Shown one piece after another: positions 45,521-55,976 of a stretch of 64,000 nt of DNA; positions within the stretch are counted from its first letter, which is position 1; each line of letters begins with the position of its first letter. Source of the DNA: Myxococcales bacterium (GTDB lineage: Bacteria; Myxococcota_A; Bradymonadia; UBA7976; UBA1532); NCBI GenBank assembly GCA_002731825.1, contig PCCS01000006.1:99311-163310 (forward strand). Direction: 5' to 3'. The notes under the pieces were generated by a model. The model did not search any database. It saw only the letters and a list, made by a program, of their open reading frames with translations, and was not told where the DNA came from. A program made the translations under genes and the position numbers.

Positions 45521-47525
45521 TTAGGCGTTTTTTCCGCCGTATGATCTCCAGACCAATCTTGGCTTCTGGTTGATTCGAATTCAATTTAAGTGCGCGTTCG
45601 AAATGAACTTCGGCATTCATCAAATCACCTTGATTCGCGCGAATGACACCGAGAAGCCCATAATCGGTGGCTGTCGGGTTGTCGTCCACTAAGGGCACGA
45701 CCAGTCGTTCCGCTTCATCCCATTTCTTGAGCCGACTCAGATACCGGACGAGGTTTCGGGTAGCCGTCTTGTCGCCACTGTTCATATCGAGGGCATGACG
45801 GGTGACATCGATGGCGCTTTGAATCTGACCCATGGCATTGAGAGCAACGCCGAGGTTCGTCCACCTGGAGGGTGCCATTGGCCCAAGTTCAGTTGCCCAC
45901 CTCAGATAGTCGAGTGCAACATTGTAGTGATTTTTCGATAGGCTATAGGCGCCAAAATCTGTCGCAAGATGCGCAACGGCATCGATGGCTACCTGGCTGC
46001 CTTGAAGATGGGGTCTGGCCCATATTCTGAGCATGTTTCCAAAGCCTTCGTCATCGAGTCTTCGATTTTGGAAAACTGGAAAAGAGGGAAAAAGGTGGTC
46101 AGGTCTTGCATCGGAGTCCAATCCTGATGCCCACTCCCATAAAATCGGCCATCCATCGTTTAGGTGGTCTAGGTCCTTGAGTTGTGAGTTGGGCTTCCAC
46201 CCTCGAAGGCTCTCCGGCAGTCGCGATTGAACGGGTCCAACTGACGATTCGTACCCAATATGTTGGCGCACGATGACGGCGAGATCGGGTCGAGCAGACT
46301 CAACCACTTGCTTATAGGCCCAACCAGACGCCATATGATCACTGGCGACGAACACAATTGCGCTGGGCGGCGCTTTATCGGCCGTCAATTCAAGCAGCTC
46401 ATCCAAGCCGCGATCATTAGCCAGCGGGTAGCCTGGGAAAAAGAACAGTCCCGACACAATGATACCCGTAATTAGAGTGGGTCGGAGCAGTGGGTCGTGT
46501 CTTAATTTGAGGAGCATGGCATCAATAAAAATACCGGCGCTGATACCGAGGCAGGCCACGGTCAGAATTCCGTTTTGCTGATCTCGTACCCCCATGGGAT
46601 TGATCAGGATTGAATAGAATAAGTCGATGACCAAGACGGAGATAATTAACCAGCCGTTCTTTTTTTTAGCAGTGACCAATAAACCGAGTAGCCCCAATCC
46701 AGACAAGAGTGGAGCGCTCAGGATCAATTGATCCAAAAACAGAGTCAGCGTGTCGAAATCTAGAGTCCCAATTTGCTCTCCGTACGCGACACGGATGCGG
46801 GAGCCCCAAAATAGATCCCAGAGTGTGCCGAGGCTAGATGGGTCACCCCAATTCCGCATCGGAGCTTGGATTGAACGTATCGGTAGATACAAGATCACCA
46901 CTGACCCTGATAGAAGGGCCATACCCTTCAGCATCCAAAATCGCTTTGTTTTCACTCTTGTAAGCAAATAAGCGGTACTGGCTAATGCCATCAGCCTCAA
47001 CTCGGCATGATGGCCCGCAACGGCAAGGCCCATGATCAGCCCGTGGACAAGCCAAACCCTACGATCGTTGTTTTCATGTCCGATTAAAATCAATTCCATA
47101 GCTGCAAGCGTGATCAGTAGAAGACCAGTGTAGACTTCAACTGCAGTTGCATGAATCAGGAACAGTGGTGAGAGAACTGCAAGAAAACAGCCAAGCCCTG
47201 CCGCGATTGCTCGAATGTTGTATCGCAATGCAAGACGAAAGATGAGGCAGATGGCGGTCGCACCGATAAGAGCTGATGCAAGATTGCCTCGAAATGCCAG
47301 GTCACCAAATGGAATCAGAGACACAAGCCCCTTATGTAGCATGGCAAAGAGCGGCATACCCGGGGGGTGAGCGATACCCAATTCGTTACTTGCAGCCGCT
47401 AACTCGCCTGCATCTAGCCAAGTGAGTCCTGGTGCAACGCCGATCATTATTATTCCGAAGCTAACCAGATACACGCTGACCATGAGGCCGACGTTTTTGG
47501 TGTCTTGAACTGGTTTCATAATCAA
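45516..47525 (-). CDS. Polytopic membrane protein with a C-terminal TPR domain (DUF2723 / TMEM260-like putative glycosyltransferase family).
   Basis: 669 aa with at least 10 TM helices in the N-terminal 420 aa and the motif GIAHPPGMPLFAML near the first loop. The C-terminal ~200 aa are TPR repeats. The family assignment is from memory of the HPPGxP motif. Confidence 0.5.
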   Translation of the reverse strand: MIMKPVQDTKNVGLMVSVYLVSFGIIMIGVAPGLTWLDAGELAAASNELGIAHPPGMPLFAMLHKGLVSLIPFGDLAFRGNLASALIGATAICLIFRLALRYNIRAIAAGLGCFLAVLSPLFLIHATAVEVYTGLLLITLAAMELILIGHENNDRRVWLVHGLIMGLAVAGHHAELRLMALASTAYLLTRVKTKRFWMLKGMALLSGSVVILYLPIRSIQAPMRNWGDPSSLGTLWDLFWGSRIRVAYGEQIGTLDFDTLTLFLDQLILSAPLLSGLGLLGLLVTAKKKNGWLIISVLVIDLFYSILINPMGVRDQQNGILTVACLGISAGIFIDAMLLKLRHDPLLRPTLITGIIVSGLFFFPGYPLANDRGLDELLELTADKAPPSAIVFVASDHMASGWAYKQVVESARPDLAVIVRQHIGYESSVGPVQSRLPESLRGWKPNSQLKDLDHLNDGWPILWEWASGLDSDARPDHLFPSFPVFQNRRLDDEGFGNMLRIWARPHLQGSQVAIDAVAHLATDFGAYSLSKNHYNVALDYLRWATELGPMAPSRWTNLGVALNAMGQIQSAIDVTRHALDMNSGDKTATRNLVRYLSRLKKWDEAERLVVPLVDDNPTATDYGLLGVIRANQGDLMNAEVHFERALKLNSNQPEAKIGLEIIRRKKRLK

Positions 47526-47667
47526 TTACTTAGGATCGTTTATTCTGATTCATAGGGTCATTAGTCATCTCATGTTGAGTGGATTAACGCTAGAATACAG
47601 AATGCAGATAGTGATGAGCTAGCATTGACAGATTGAAACGCCCGTGGTAAATGGCCCTTCGTTTTCA

Positions 47668-47698
47668 TTGACCGCTGCATACGGGCTTATTTTATAGC
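47668..47698 (+). promoter_or_regulatory. Possible sigma70-type promoter for tRNA-Gln / prs.
   Basis: TTGACC at 47668..47673, then a 17-19 nt spacer, then TTTATA/TATAGC, about 25 nt upstream of the tRNA 5' end. The -10 match is weak. Confidence 0.25.
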
Positions 47699-47725
47699 AA
47701 TAATTCCGAATGTTTACGGTTATAT

Positions 47726-47797
47726 AGGGGCGTGGTCTAGTGGTATGACTCCTGTTTTTGGTACAGGCTATCGTAGGTTCGAATCCTGCCGCCCCTG
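47726..47797 (+). tRNA. tRNA-Gln (anticodon UUG).
   Basis: A manual cloverleaf fits. The acceptor is AGGGGCG/CGCCCCT. The D-arm is GTC-TAGTGGTAT-GAC. The anticodon stem is CCTGT/ACAGG with loop TTTTGGT (UUG at positions 34-36). The T-arm is GTAGG-TTCGAAT-CCTGC. The discriminator is G. CCA is not encoded. Confidence 0.8.
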
Positions 47798-47817
47798 CAC
47801 TTTTTTGGAGGCTCGAC

Positions 47818-48756
47818 ATGTCGGTCCGCGTATTTGCCGGAAATTCAAACCCTGAGTTAGCGCGCTCAATCTGCGACTACTTGGGTTTGCAACTAGGCAG
47901 CGCACGAGTCGGTCGATTCTCGGATGGTGAAATCCGAGTTGAGATCGATGAGTCTGTTAGAGGGGCTGACGTCTACCTCATTCAGAGCACGTGTGCACCG
48001 GTCAATGAAAACCTGATGGAGCTCCTGATCATGGTTGATGCTCTCAAGAGAGCATCGGCTGGTAGTGTGTCCGCGGTGATTCCATATTTTGGATATGCTC
48101 GTCAGGATCGGAAATCGGCACCGCGCGCGCCAATTTCTGCACGATTGGTTACAGACCTGCTGACAACAGCGGGTGTCAATCGACTGATCACGATGGAGCT
48201 TCACGCTGGACAGATTCAGGGTTTCTTTGATGGGCCGGTGGACCATTTGTACACCGCGCCTGTGATGATGAAGTATTTGAAGTCCTTAAATCTTGTTCGG
48301 CCGGTGATTGTCAGTCCCGATGCGGGCGGTGTTGAGCGAGCTCGAGCGTATGCTAAGAAGCTGAATGCATCGCTGGCGATCGTAGACAAGCGGAGAGCGG
48401 GTCCGAATGTAGCTGAGGTCATGAACCTTGTTGGTGACGTGGAAGACTGCGATGTCATCGTAGTCGACGATATGATCGACACAGGCGGAACTTTGGTTCA
48501 AGCGGCGGAAGCGCTTAAAAAATTTGGTGCGAGACGGGTGTTTAGCTGTGCGACACATCCGGTCCTCTCGGGACCCGCAATCGCGAGGATTTCAGAGAGT
48601 TGTTTAGAAGAAGTGATCGTTTCGGATACTGTCCCGCTCAGCAGTGCGGGTCGGGCGTGTCCGAAGATTCGTGTTTTATCGGTTGCCAATATTTTAGGCG
48701 AAGCGATTAGACGCATACATGATTTCGATTCGGTCAGCAGTCTATTCGACGAATAG
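47818..48756 (+). CDS. prs: Ribose-phosphate pyrophosphokinase (PRPP synthetase).
   Basis: MSVRVFAGNSNPELA..., a PRPP-binding loop VVDDMIDTGGTL. A GGAGG RBS lies 6 nt upstream. The track ORF (47758) would overlap the tRNA. Confidence 0.95.
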   Translation: MSVRVFAGNSNPELARSICDYLGLQLGSARVGRFSDGEIRVEIDESVRGADVYLIQSTCAPVNENLMELLIMVDALKRASAGSVSAVIPYFGYARQDRKSAPRAPISARLVTDLLTTAGVNRLITMELHAGQIQGFFDGPVDHLYTAPVMMKYLKSLNLVRPVIVSPDAGGVERARAYAKKLNASLAIVDKRRAGPNVAEVMNLVGDVEDCDVIVVDDMIDTGGTLVQAAEALKKFGARRVFSCATHPVLSGPAIARISESCLEEVIVSDTVPLSSAGRACPKIRVLSVANILGEAIRRIHDFDSVSSLFDE

Positions 48757-48789
48757 ACCTGTCGACCACCTATTGTAAGGACGCAAGGC

Positions 48790-49398
48790 ATGGAAACCTT
48801 ACCACTGACAGGGACCCTACGAACCACCTCCGGTAAAGGGTCTAATCGTAAATTAAGAGCAAGCGGGAAAATTCCAGCAACGCTCTATGGACACGGTGTT
48901 GGAGAGACAAAGTCAGTCACTCTTGACCCTCGTGAACTGGGCAAGTGCTTGGAAAACCCGAAGGGCGCCAACGCTCTTTTTTCATTTTCTATCGATGGCA
49001 CTGAAAACCACACTGTTCTCGTTCGAGAAATTCAACGAGATTCAGTCAGTCGGCGCATACTGCATGTCGATCTTGTGGCACCCAATCCAGAGGCTAATTT
49101 GGTCGCGACAGTCGATGTAAACTTTTCGGGAAAATGTCCTGGCGTCAGCTTAGGTGGTCGGCTCCGAACACCTTATCGAGAAGTCAAGGTCAGCGCTAAG
49201 CCTCGGGCGATTCCCGCTGAGATTCCCGTTGACCTGGGGACTCTTGACATTGGCGATACCATCATGGCCAGTGAAATTGATCTCGGTGAAGACGCATTGA
49301 TTCTGTTTGAACGCGATTTCGTCATTGCCAAGGTGTTAAAGCCTCGCGGTAAGCAGGATGGAGACGAAGAGGAAGCGACCGAGACGTCAGAAGAGTAG
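48790..49398 (+). CDS. rplY: 50S ribosomal protein L25 / general stress protein Ctc.
   Basis: The N-terminal L25 domain reads RTTSGKGSNRKLRASGKIPATLYGHG. The C-terminal acidic extension is typical of Ctc-form L25. It sits between prs and pth. Confidence 0.9.
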   Translation: METLPLTGTLRTTSGKGSNRKLRASGKIPATLYGHGVGETKSVTLDPRELGKCLENPKGANALFSFSIDGTENHTVLVREIQRDSVSRRILHVDLVAPNPEANLVATVDVNFSGKCPGVSLGGRLRTPYREVKVSAKPRAIPAEIPVDLGTLDIGDTIMASEIDLGEDALILFERDFVIAKVLKPRGKQDGDEEEATETSEE

Positions 49399-49464
49399 TC
49401 GGTCAAGTTTGGCAGCTGGCAGTAGATTTCTCGTCATGTTTAGACGTTCGAAAGCGAAGTTAGA

Positions 49465-50034
49465 ATGTCACGGAGACTGATTGTCGGCCTGGGGAACCCC
49501 GGTGCCAAATATGTGGAGACCCGTCACAACATCGGTTTCATGTTGATTGACGCGTTAGCAAACCGTGCAGGGATTTCCGTTTCGCGCAACAAATTCAATG
49601 GTCTTTATGGAACAGGTTCCATAGCTGGCCAGTCGGTTGTCTTGGCAAAGCCTGAGACGTTCATGAATTTGAGTGGCCGATTTGTAACACCGATGAGTCG
49701 GTACTTCGATGTGTCCATCGAAGACATTTTAATCGTTCACGATGAACTCGACTTGGAGTTCGGGACGATTCGGCTCAAGATCAGTGGTGGACATGCGGGT
49801 CACAATGGGCTGCGATCAATCCACGGCGAACTGGGTTCAAATCAATACCATCGGCTTCGTATGGGCATTGGTCGACCCCACAAGGGGAGCGTTTCGAGTT
49901 ATGTCTTGGCACCGTTTCAGTCTGAAGACGAGAGAGACTGGTTGGGTGACTTTGTCGCTCGAGGCTGTGACGCCATCGAGTCGGCGGTCTCAGACGGGAC
50001 TCGGGCTGCGATGAATGGTGTCAATGGGACGTAA
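49465..50034 (+). CDS. pth: Peptidyl-tRNA hydrolase.
   Basis: LIVGLGNPGAKYVETRHNIGFM... plus the HDELDL and GHNGLRS catalytic contexts. Confidence 0.95.
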   Translation: MSRRLIVGLGNPGAKYVETRHNIGFMLIDALANRAGISVSRNKFNGLYGTGSIAGQSVVLAKPETFMNLSGRFVTPMSRYFDVSIEDILIVHDELDLEFGTIRLKISGGHAGHNGLRSIHGELGSNQYHRLRMGIGRPHKGSVSSYVLAPFQSEDERDWLGDFVARGCDAIESAVSDGTRAAMNGVNGT

Positions 50035-50172
50035 TTTTCCCAGGACGAAATAAAAAATAAAGGTAACCGTGACCGGGTCACCGATACTAAAAAATGAAAA
50101 TGGATGTTCATTGGTCGTGACATCAGAAGCAAAGATAACATTTCGGCCCAATTAGGCGGGCAGGAGATTTAA

Positions 50173-52308
50173 ATGGAATATCTGATCTACGGCGCTCCAG
50201 CAGCTGGTGCGCTCGCGCTAATTTTTGCCTTTATGAAGGCATCGAGCGTCAGTAAAGAGGATGCCGGTAGCGACAATATGCAGCGTATTGCCGCCAGTAT
50301 CCAAGACGGTGCGATGGCCTTTTTGAAGGCAGAGTACAAAGTCCTGACTATTTTCGTCATCATCGTCGCTGGACTGCTCGCTTGGGCCAACTCCGGAGGA
50401 GAAAACCAGAGCCCAATTATCGCACTCTCCTTCGTTATCGGTGCATTTGCCAGTGGCTTAGCCGGCTGGGTGGGTATGAACGTTGCGACCAAAGCAAACG
50501 TGCGGACTACTGCAGCGGCGGCCAAGAGCCTGCCTGCGGCCCTGAAGGTAGCTTTCAACGGCGGGACCGTCATGGGTATGTCTGTTGTTGGTCTCGCTCT
50601 CATCGGCTTGGGCGTTCTCTACTTAGTCTACACAGGGATGTTTGATGCCGTCAGTGGCACGGGTTTGGGGGCGACCGTTAAGGAAGCCGGCATGAAGACG
50701 ACTCTTAATGTCCTCGCAGGTTTTTCCATGGGTGCATCTTCAATTGCGCTCTTCGCACGTGTGGGTGGTGGTATCTACACGAAAGCTGCAGATGTCGGTG
50801 CTGACTTAGTCGGTAAGGTTGAGCAGGGTCTTCCAGAAGACAGCCCCAATAACCCAGCGGTCATTGCTGACAATGTTGGTGACAACGTCGGTGATGTTGC
50901 CGGTATGGGTGCTGACCTGTTTGAATCCTATGTCGGTGCCATTATCGGTACGATGGTTCTCGCCCTCGGTTTTACGACAGTTGTTGCATCGGGTAAGGGC
51001 GAACTGAGCGTTGTGCCTGTTTTGATGCCATTGGTGATTGCTGCATGCGGTATCATATGTTCCATCGTCGGCACCTTCTTCGTTCGTGCAAGTGATGATG
51101 CCGATACAACAAAAATCCAGCATGCATTGGACTTCGGTGCCTTTGGCGCAGCGTTCGTAATGGCCGGTGCTACATTTGGCATTGCAAATGTCATGTGGCC
51201 AGCAGAGGGCTTGGTTGCAGCCGGAAAGACCATTGTCTGGTGGCAAATTGGTACCGCGACCGTCATCGGTCTCGCCATCGGCGTCCTTGTCGGCATGATC
51301 ACATCTTACTATTGCTCCATGGGCAAAAAGCCTGTCAACAGCATAGCCGAGCAATCAAAAACCGGTGAGGCGACTAACATTATCGCTGGCCTTGCGGTTG
51401 GTATGGAGTCGACGGCGATTCCAATGCTTTTGATCGCAGCTGGTGTCATGTCGACGCACGCTGTCGCCGGTCTCTACGGTGTTGCCATCGCGGCACTGGG
51501 TATGCTGTCTACCACTGGTATTCAATTGGCAGTCGATGCGTACGGACCCATTGCGGACAACGCGGGTGGTATTGCGGAGATGTCACATCAGGAGCCCATC
51601 GTTCGTGAACGAACAGATAAGCTTGACGCCGTCGGTAATACAACGGCTGCAATCGGCAAGGGATTTGCTATTGCCAGTGCGGCTATGACTGCACTCGCCC
51701 TGTTTGCAGCATTCAAATTAACAGCCGGCATCGAGTCCATCGATTTGACAGAGCCTAAGGTCATGGCCGGTATTTTTGTTGGTGGTATGTTGCCCTTCTT
51801 GTTCTCATCTCTTGCGATGAAGGCTGTCGGTAAAGCTGCAATGGAGATGATTGAGGAAGTTCGGCGACAATTCCGAGAAATTCCAGGACTCAAAGAGGGC
51901 AAGGCTGATCCCGATTCGGCGACATGCGTTGCCATCTCAACCAACGCGGCCATTAAAGAAATGGTTTTGCCTGGTCTGATCGCTGTAATTGCACCGGTTG
52001 CCGTTGGTTTCGGTGTCGATAAGTACGCCTTGGGCGGTTTGCTCGCAGGCGTGACTGTCTGCGGTGTTCTGATGGCGATTTTCATGTCCAACGCGGGTGG
52101 CGCATGGGATAATGCCAAGAAGTCCTTCGAAGGCGGTGGTTTCAAGACGTCGACGGGTGAAATCCTAGAGAAGGGTACACCTCCACATGATGCGGCCGTT
52201 GTTGGCGACACTGTAGGGGACCCGTTCAAGGACACGGCTGGTCCATCCTTGAACATCCTAGTCAAGCTCATGAGCGTCATCGCATTGGTTATCGCACCAC
52301 TGCTTTAA
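50173..52308 (+). CDS. hppA: Membrane-bound proton/sodium-translocating pyrophosphatase.
   Basis: 711 aa, polytopic, with the [27 protein letters not shown] and [21 protein letters not shown] signatures. Confidence 0.95.
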   Translation: MEYLIYGAPAAGALALIFAFMKASSVSKEDAGSDNMQRIAASIQDGAMAFLKAEYKVLTIFVIIVAGLLAWANSGGENQSPIIALSFVIGAFASGLAGWVGMNVATKANVRTTAAAAKSLPAALKVAFNGGTVMGMSVVGLALIGLGVLYLVYTGMFDAVSGTGLGATVKEAGMKTTLNVLAGFSMGASSIALFARVGGGIYTKAADVGADLVGKVEQGLPEDSPNNPAVIADNVGDNVGDVAGMGADLFESYVGAIIGTMVLALGFTTVVASGKGELSVVPVLMPLVIAACGIICSIVGTFFVRASDDADTTKIQHALDFGAFGAAFVMAGATFGIANVMWPAEGLVAAGKTIVWWQIGTATVIGLAIGVLVGMITSYYCSMGKKPVNSIAEQSKTGEATNIIAGLAVGMESTAIPMLLIAAGVMSTHAVAGLYGVAIAALGMLSTTGIQLAVDAYGPIADNAGGIAEMSHQEPIVRERTDKLDAVGNTTAAIGKGFAIASAAMTALALFAAFKLTAGIESIDLTEPKVMAGIFVGGMLPFLFSSLAMKAVGKAAMEMIEEVRRQFREIPGLKEGKADPDSATCVAISTNAAIKEMVLPGLIAVIAPVAVGFGVDKYALGGLLAGVTVCGVLMAIFMSNAGGAWDNAKKSFEGGGFKTSTGEILEKGTPPHDAAVVGDTVGDPFKDTAGPSLNILVKLMSVIALVIAPLL

Positions 52309-52397
52309 TCTCATCAGATCGACGGGCCGGACAGATGTTTTTGGCTCGTGTTCACCCAAGACTTGATCATTTGGTGAACAATCATTAGTATCCGCAT

Positions 52398-52427
52398 CCC
52401 CCCGGTTTCCGGGGGGACATTTTTTTG
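52398..52427 (+). terminator. Rho-independent terminator downstream of hppA.
   Basis: CCCCCCGG-TTT-CCGGGGGG hairpin followed by ACATTTTTTT. Confidence 0.8.
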
Positions 52428-52501
52428 TTGGGTGAAAGCCCACTCCCTGCTCGTAACTTAGATTGCGGGCTACTCAAACACCCAGAGGGAGGTTTAATAC
52501 C

Positions 52502-52891
52502 ATGGCAAATGCAAAGCTTAGACGTTATGAGCTTGTGTTTTTGATTCAGCCAGAGGCTGAAGATGAAGCGCGTACACATTTGGTGAACCGCATGCTCGGA
52601 ATTTTGAAGGACGGTGGAGCCCACCTCATTCAAAATGAAGAGTGGGGTAAGCGTAAGCTGGCCTACGAAATCGCAAAGTTTAACAAGGCGTACTATTACT
52701 ACGCAGAATTTATCGCGACACCCGGTCTCACCCATGAGGTCGAACGAGTCTTTCGTCTGACAGATGATTGCTTGCGATACCAAACCATTCGTCTTGAAGA
52801 TGAAATTGATCCTGATCACCTAGATCGATTTGCAATTTTGGGCGATGACGATACCGAGGACGCTGCAGCCGCAGAGGAGGTGGCCTCATGA
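52502..52891 (+). CDS. rpsF: 30S ribosomal protein S6.
   Basis: [22 protein letters not shown]..., an acidic C-terminal tail, and GGGAGG 9 nt upstream. The track ORF opens at 52463. Confidence 0.9.
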   Translation: MANAKLRRYELVFLIQPEAEDEARTHLVNRMLGILKDGGAHLIQNEEWGKRKLAYEIAKFNKAYYYYAEFIATPGLTHEVERVFRLTDDCLRYQTIRLEDEIDPDHLDRFAILGDDDTEDAAAAEEVAS

Positions 52892-53136
52892 GTGATCTAC
52901 GATTCGACGGCCGCCGACGTGGCCGACGCAAAGTTGACCGTTTTCTCGCTGATAAGACTCTTGTCATCGATTACAAGGATCCATCGGTTCTTAAGTACTT
53001 CGTGACTGAGCGCGGCAAGATCGTGCCTCGCCGAGTATCGGGCCTTTGCGCGAAGAACCAGCGTAAGATCACACAAGCCATCAAGCGCGCGCGCATGTTG
53101 GCTCTGATGCCATTCACAACCATCAACCACCACTGA
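52888..53136 (+). CDS. rpsR: 30S ribosomal protein S18.
   Basis: [64 protein letters not shown]. The stop/start overlaps rpsF (ATGA). Confidence 0.9.
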   Translation: MSDLRFDGRRRGRRKVDRFLADKTLVIDYKDPSVLKYFVTERGKIVPRRVSGLCAKNQRKITQAIKRARMLALMPFTTINHH

Positions 53137-53147
53137 GGAGTATCATT

Positions 53148-53603
53148 ATGCAAGTTATTCTTCGTGAAGATGTAAATCATCTCGGTGAGGTTGGAGACTT
53201 GGTCACAGTCAAGGCCGGCTATGCTCGCAACTTCTTGCTGCCCCGCGGTTTGGCTGTACAGGCAAACGACCGTCAAGTCCGTCGTGTCGAGCACGAAAAG
53301 CGGATCATTGAGGCGCGTGTCGCCAAAGCTCGTAGGGGGGCTGAGGACGAAGCCAGGAAGCTCAATGAGGTTGTTATCACCGTCGAGAAGTCGGCTGGTG
53401 AGAACGGCAAGCTGTTCGGCTCTGTCACGGCGATGGAAATTGAAGCTTTGCTTCGCGACAATGGTTTTAAGATTGACCGTCGTCGGATCCAGCTCGACGA
53501 AAATATCAAAAGCCTGGGTGAATACGACCTCGGAATTAAACTGCATCGAGATGTTGTCGCGACCATTAAAGTTTTGGTTGTCGCACGCAGCGAGAGCGAA
53601 TAG
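53148..53603 (+). CDS. rplI: 50S ribosomal protein L9.
   Basis: MQVILREDVNHLGEVGDLVTVKAGYARNFLLPRGLA, the L9 N-domain signature. 151 aa. Confidence 0.9.
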   Translation: MQVILREDVNHLGEVGDLVTVKAGYARNFLLPRGLAVQANDRQVRRVEHEKRIIEARVAKARRGAEDEARKLNEVVITVEKSAGENGKLFGSVTAMEIEALLRDNGFKIDRRRIQLDENIKSLGEYDLGIKLHRDVVATIKVLVVARSESE

Positions 53604-53734
53604 TCTTACCTCCAGTGGCGGCCAACTTTGGTCGCCACAGTTCACGTCTTGTTTTTTATCGCAATGGATGCACATAGCCCGAGTTTGGGCTGGCGTCATA
53701 CCTCTGCATTGCGTTCAGAGTGGGGAGGCCAGAG

Positions 53735-55072
53735 ATGTCTATAGGTCGCCATCTAGAGGCCCGGGAAGCTGAGCAGGCTGTTTTGGGCGCTATTTTGCTC
53801 GATAACGGTGCACTTGACCGAGTGGCTGAATCCCTGGGTCATGCCGATTTTTATCTGCCCCAGAATAAGATCATTTTCGAGTCTATGATCGCGTTATCGG
53901 ATGAGAGCAAACCCATCGATACAGTCACGCTCGCAACCAGGCTTGACCAACAGAGTCAGCTTGAAGATGTCGGTGGCATGGAGTATTTGCTCGCGTTAGA
54001 TCAGACATCTGCGACCGCGATTAATGTCGGTCACCATGCAAAAATTGTCCATGACCTTGCCGAGCTTCGGCGACTTATCTCCGCATGTACAAGCGTCGTA
54101 GAGAAGGCTCAAGGCGGCGATTACGAAGACCAAACAGTCTTATTTGACGAAGCCCAACAGCTCATTTTCGAGATTGGAGCGAAGCAGAATCAGGGCAGTT
54201 TTGTGTCCATGAACGACGCTTTAAAAGATGTTCTTGATAATGTCCGAAATGCTTTTGAGAAGAAGATCGCTGTCACGGGAACGCCGACGGGCTTTACAGA
54301 TCTTGACAGTTTGACCAGCGGGCTCAATGCGGGTGACTTGGTTGTTTTGGCAGGCCGACCCGGTATGGGTAAGACGGCCGTTGCACTTAATATGGCGAGC
54401 AACGCTGCACGGATGTCAGGGTGTACGGTCGCTGTCTTCAGTCTTGAGATGCCGACGGCTCAATTGGCCGCCCGAATGCTTGCGTGTGAGGCCGAGGTCA
54501 ACTCACGGTCCATGAGAACGGGGCATTTGGTCAACCAGGATATCGAAAGACTTGTCGCTGCCGTGAGGCGGATGAATGATTGGTCTATCGAAATTGACGA
54601 TACGGCTGGTTCTACAATTATGGAGGTCAGATCTAAGTGTCGGCGGCTAGCGAGCGACCGAAACTTACCCCCCCTGGGACTGGTCCTCATCGACTATCTT
54701 CAACTCATGCGGTCACCAACAGCCAAGAGTCGTGAGCAAGAGATCAGTGAGATCAGTCGGAATCTTAAAGGTCTGGCCAAGGAGCTGAGTATTCCGGTAG
54801 TGGCTTTATCCCAGCTCAATCGTGGTGTTGAAAGTCGACCCAATAAAAGGCCCATGATGTCGGACTTGAGAGAATCCGGTGCCATTGAGCAGGATGCCGA
54901 TATCATTATGTTTGTGTATCGAGATGAATACTATAACGAGGATTCCGAGGACAAAGGACTCGCTGAACTCATCGTCGCAAAACAACGAAATGGACCCTTG
55001 GGTACTGTGAAACTCAAGTTCTTCATTGAGCACAGTCGTTTCGTGAATTTAAAGCGTGAATTCGAACAGTAA
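53735..55072 (+). CDS. dnaB: Replicative DNA helicase DnaB.
   Basis: N-terminal DnaB domain (AEQAVLGAILLDN), Walker A GRPGMGKTAVALN, Walker B and the arginine finger region. GGGGAGG lies 6 nt upstream of the ATG at 53735. The track ORF starts at a GTG at 53720. Confidence 0.95.
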   Translation: MSIGRHLEAREAEQAVLGAILLDNGALDRVAESLGHADFYLPQNKIIFESMIALSDESKPIDTVTLATRLDQQSQLEDVGGMEYLLALDQTSATAINVGHHAKIVHDLAELRRLISACTSVVEKAQGGDYEDQTVLFDEAQQLIFEIGAKQNQGSFVSMNDALKDVLDNVRNAFEKKIAVTGTPTGFTDLDSLTSGLNAGDLVVLAGRPGMGKTAVALNMASNAARMSGCTVAVFSLEMPTAQLAARMLACEAEVNSRSMRTGHLVNQDIERLVAAVRRMNDWSIEIDDTAGSTIMEVRSKCRRLASDRNLPPLGLVLIDYLQLMRSPTAKSREQEISEISRNLKGLAKELSIPVVALSQLNRGVESRPNKRPMMSDLRESGAIEQDADIIMFVYRDEYYNEDSEDKGLAELIVAKQRNGPLGTVKLKFFIEHSRFVNLKREFEQ

Positions 55073-55178
55073 ATCCGCCTGGTATTCTCGTTTCAATGGA
55101 ACTGTTTGATTGAAATGTCGACCGACTACATGCTACCGAATCGCGCAGTTTGTTTATTTTAGAGTTTTGGATTAATCG

Positions 55179-55778
55179 ATGGCTAATGCTGCGAAAATTT
55201 TGATTGTTGATGACGATAAAGACATCTGTGCATACATGCAGACTATGCTGGGTTCATCTGGTTATGATGTAACAACAATCTCGAACCCATCGCTGGTCTT
55301 GGATAGACTTCGAGAGCAAGAGTTTCATGTGCTTGTTATCGACCTCATGATGCCAGAGATCGACGGAATCGAGCTCATCCAGAGAATTCGCCGCATCGAT
55401 ACAGACATTGCCATCATTGTGTTCACTGGTTATCCGTCTGTAGAAACAGCGATTGATGCCCTCAAACTCGATGTCTCAGACTACGTGAAAAAGCCTTTCG
55501 ATATCGATAGTTTTCGTAAGACAATTAGCGATGTTTTGAAGCGAAAAGGCATCGTTCTCGATATGGAAGAACGTTTGCATCAAACCATTGGGCAGATCGT
55601 TCGCAGACTCAGAAAAGAAAAGTCTCTGACACTCAAGCAGGTTGCGCGTCGGACTGGATTATCTCCGAGTTTATTGAGCCAGATTGAACGTGCTGAATCC
55701 AGCGCATCTGTCAGCTCTCTCTACAAGATAGCCCACGGTCTTGGCGTCAAGTTGACTGTCCTATTTGGTGATTTTTAG
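55179..55778 (+). CDS. Response regulator with an N-terminal receiver (REC) domain and a C-terminal XRE-family (Cro/C1-type) helix-turn-helix.
   Basis: REC: ILIVDDDKD...phospho-acceptor context VLVIDLMMPEIDG...KKPF. The C-terminus reads LRKEKSLTLKQVARRTGLSPSLLSQIERAES, the canonical HTH_XRE pattern. Confidence 0.8.
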   Translation: MANAAKILIVDDDKDICAYMQTMLGSSGYDVTTISNPSLVLDRLREQEFHVLVIDLMMPEIDGIELIQRIRRIDTDIAIIVFTGYPSVETAIDALKLDVSDYVKKPFDIDSFRKTISDVLKRKGIVLDMEERLHQTIGQIVRRLRKEKSLTLKQVARRTGLSPSLLSQIERAESSASVSSLYKIAHGLGVKLTVLFGDF

Positions 55779-55922
55779 CCTCAGGAAGCTGCAGGAAAGC
55801 CCTGCTTATACGGTTTAAAGAGGTTGATTCCTAGACACCCATTGATTGTTTCCATCAGGCCATACTTCCCCGATTAAAGCGGGTTTGAAGTCAGTTCCAT
55901 ACAAAAAGTACTGGTAGCAAAT

Positions 55923-55959
55923 TTGACTAATAGATTACTTTTCTGCACAATGTAGTCAA
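55923..55959. promoter_or_regulatory. Inverted repeat TTGACTA-N23-TAGTCAA, 18 nt upstream of the kinase start codon. A candidate operator.
   Basis: A perfect 7-bp inverted repeat, seen directly in the sequence. It lies between the REC-XRE regulator and the Ser/Thr kinase gene. Confidence 0.3.
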
Positions 55960-55976
55960 AGGTAGTAGGAATTGTA

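Noticed and set aside
47619-47819. A 66-aa minus-strand ORF, and the 47758 start of the prs track ORF.
   Set aside because: Both overlap the tRNA-Gln gene. The prs conserved N-terminus, with a strong RBS, begins at 47818.
50187-52280. Minus-strand ORFs of 138, 182, 124 and 230 aa opposite hppA.
   Set aside because: hppA is unambiguous across its whole length. The antisense ORFs are low-complexity (Ala/Pro/Thr-rich), typical of GC-rich antisense artefacts.
53604-53719. An imperfect hairpin (GTGGCGGCCAA/TTGGTCGCCAC) followed by a T-rich stretch between rplI and dnaB, as a possible attenuator or terminator.
   Set aside because: The stem is imperfect and the T-run is interrupted. rplI-dnaB co-transcription is common, so this is too weak to call.
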